Assembly: GCA_963740635.1 (NCBI GenBank)
Contig: CAVUEQ010000001.1
Coordinates: forward strand, 593,026-657,025
DNA length: 64,000 nt
DNA from: an uncultured bacterium
GTDB taxonomy: Bacteria; Patescibacteriota; Saccharimonadia; UBA4664
Direction of reading: 5' to 3'
Under the pieces are notes generated by a model. That model did not search any database, was not told where the DNA came from, and was given only the letters and a program-made list of their open reading frames with translations. Shown here in pieces: positions 63,025 to 64,000 of the stretch (the first letter of the stretch is position 1; each line of letters starts with the position of its first letter). Both the position numbers and the translations under genes were made by a program.

Positions 63025-64000
63025 TTAGTGGCCGAAGAAGCCGCGTGCGACGGTGTCGGGGAGTTGGACGAGGGTGACGTTTTTGGCTTTGCAGAGGTCG
63101 GCCGTTTCGGCGTCGCGGACTGAGCCGGAAGTGGCGACGATGGTGGTGATGCCGGCGCCTGCGAGGACCTCGGGGCCGTCGGGGAACGGGAAAAAGGAAT
63201 CGGAGTAGGCGACGCCGCCGGCGAGTTTGTGGCCGGCGTGCGGTGGCGCGCTTGATGGCCAGTTCGCAGCAGCTCACGCGGTCTTGCTGGCCGACGCCGT
63301 TACCGAGCAGTTGGCCGGATTTCACCAGCGTAACCGTGTTGGAATTTGACGTGCTGCCGATGGCCCAGGCCAGGATGGCGTCGCGGGCTTGGGTGTCGGT
63401 GAGTTTGGCGGTGGCGGTGAGGCCGGGGTGTTTGAGTTCGAAGATGAAGGTGTAATTGGGCTGGCTCAGGAAGCCGCCGCGGACGGGACGTCGGATTGGG
63501 CCTTGAGAGAGGGATTTTTGAGTTAGCTTGGCGAGAGCGGGGTTGGCCATGAAGCGGCATTTGTCGCCTTTGCGGGCCAGCGCGGTGATGGCGCCGGGGG
63601 TGAAGCCGGGCGCGAAGATGGCGTCGAGGAGGCGGCGGCCGGCGGGTTGGGCGTGGGTGAGCAGGAGGTCGGCCAGGGCATCCGTGATCTCGAAGTTCAC
63701 GCTCACCAGGCCGCCGAAGATGGCACGCGGGTCGCCGGTGACCATGGCCTTGATGGCTTCGGCCGGGGTTCTGCCGACGCCGGCGCCGCAGGGGTTGCCG
63801 TGTTTGGTGCCGAGAGCAATGGCGGGGACGTCGCCGAAGTTGAGGTCGAAGCCGGCCGCGATGTGGGTGATGGTGTGCAGGTGGCGGTCGAGTTCGGCCA
63901 GGTTGTTGTAGCTGGGGGCGGCGCCGGCGATGAGCTCGAAACGATAGAGTGCTAGCGGGTCGGGGTCCGGCCCGGGGTTGGTGCCGTAGAGGCCGGCCGG
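63025..64000 (-). CDS. purH: Bifunctional AICAR transformylase / IMP cyclohydrolase; 5'-partial (N-terminus beyond the window end), with an apparent 1-nt frameshift near 63231..63240
   Basis: The frame is open from 64000 (…LGTKHGNPCGAGVG…DPRAIFGG…GQQDRV…AIKRATA). The family C-terminus (GHKLAGGVAYSDSFFPFPDG...SGSVRD...RGFFGH*) then continues in another frame and ends at stop 63025..63027. The ORF track shows 63014..63745 with an Arg-rich out-of-frame tail. Confidence 0.85.

Overview
The window is visibly GC-rich bacterial chromosomal DNA, about 60% by eye, with a few AT-richer intergenic patches. It is densely coded, mostly on the minus strand, with many 1-8 nt start/stop overlaps and GGAGG-type ribosome-binding sites. 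I saw no rRNA, tRNA, CRISPR array, transposase or integrase. The recognisable content, in order: (i) an exopolysaccharide locus (1.3-6.1 kb) with a processive GT2 synthase, two CBM-bearing CE4 deacetylases and two micro-ORFs. (ii) Three consecutive membrane-anchored secreted proteins of unknown function (6.3-10.2 kb). (iii) A PfkB kinase / 414-aa unknown / SLOG-LOG / PrcB-like operon. (iv) A central-carbon block with class II fba, a split transketolase, rpe-like, rpiB, gap, ppa, galU and pgl. (v) Housekeeping enzymes: PLD/cardiolipin-synthase-like, esterase, GNAT, NUDIX, methyltransferases, guaA, msrA. (vi) A lipid-modification set: a CFA-synthase-family methyltransferase and two fatty-acid desaturases. 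(vii) A complete F1Fo ATP synthase operon (atpZ-B-E-F-H-A-G-D-C). (viii) A lysC-hom-thrB-asd operon. (ix) purA and a 5'-partial purH. The split transketolase, the many tiny membrane ORFs and the PT-rich linkers fit a reduced-genome Gram-positive-like or CPR-like lineage, but I cannot assign taxonomy from sequence alone. The most interesting non-annotated signals follow. A leader ORF carrying six Met codons sits in a textbook four-segment terminator/antiterminator upstream of a divergent DUF62 (SAM hydrolase-like) gene. A roughly 100-nt AT-rich element with a 21-bp perfect stem occurs twice, about 35 kb apart. A 19-bp perfect inverted repeat brackets a 418-bp non-coding segment. Covarying nested hairpins follow the three secreted-protein genes. 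An AT-rich two-ORF insertion separates the two transketolase halves. An FAD-oxidase gene is heavily frameshifted, and purH is frameshifted once. All functional calls come from motif recognition by eye. No database search was run.
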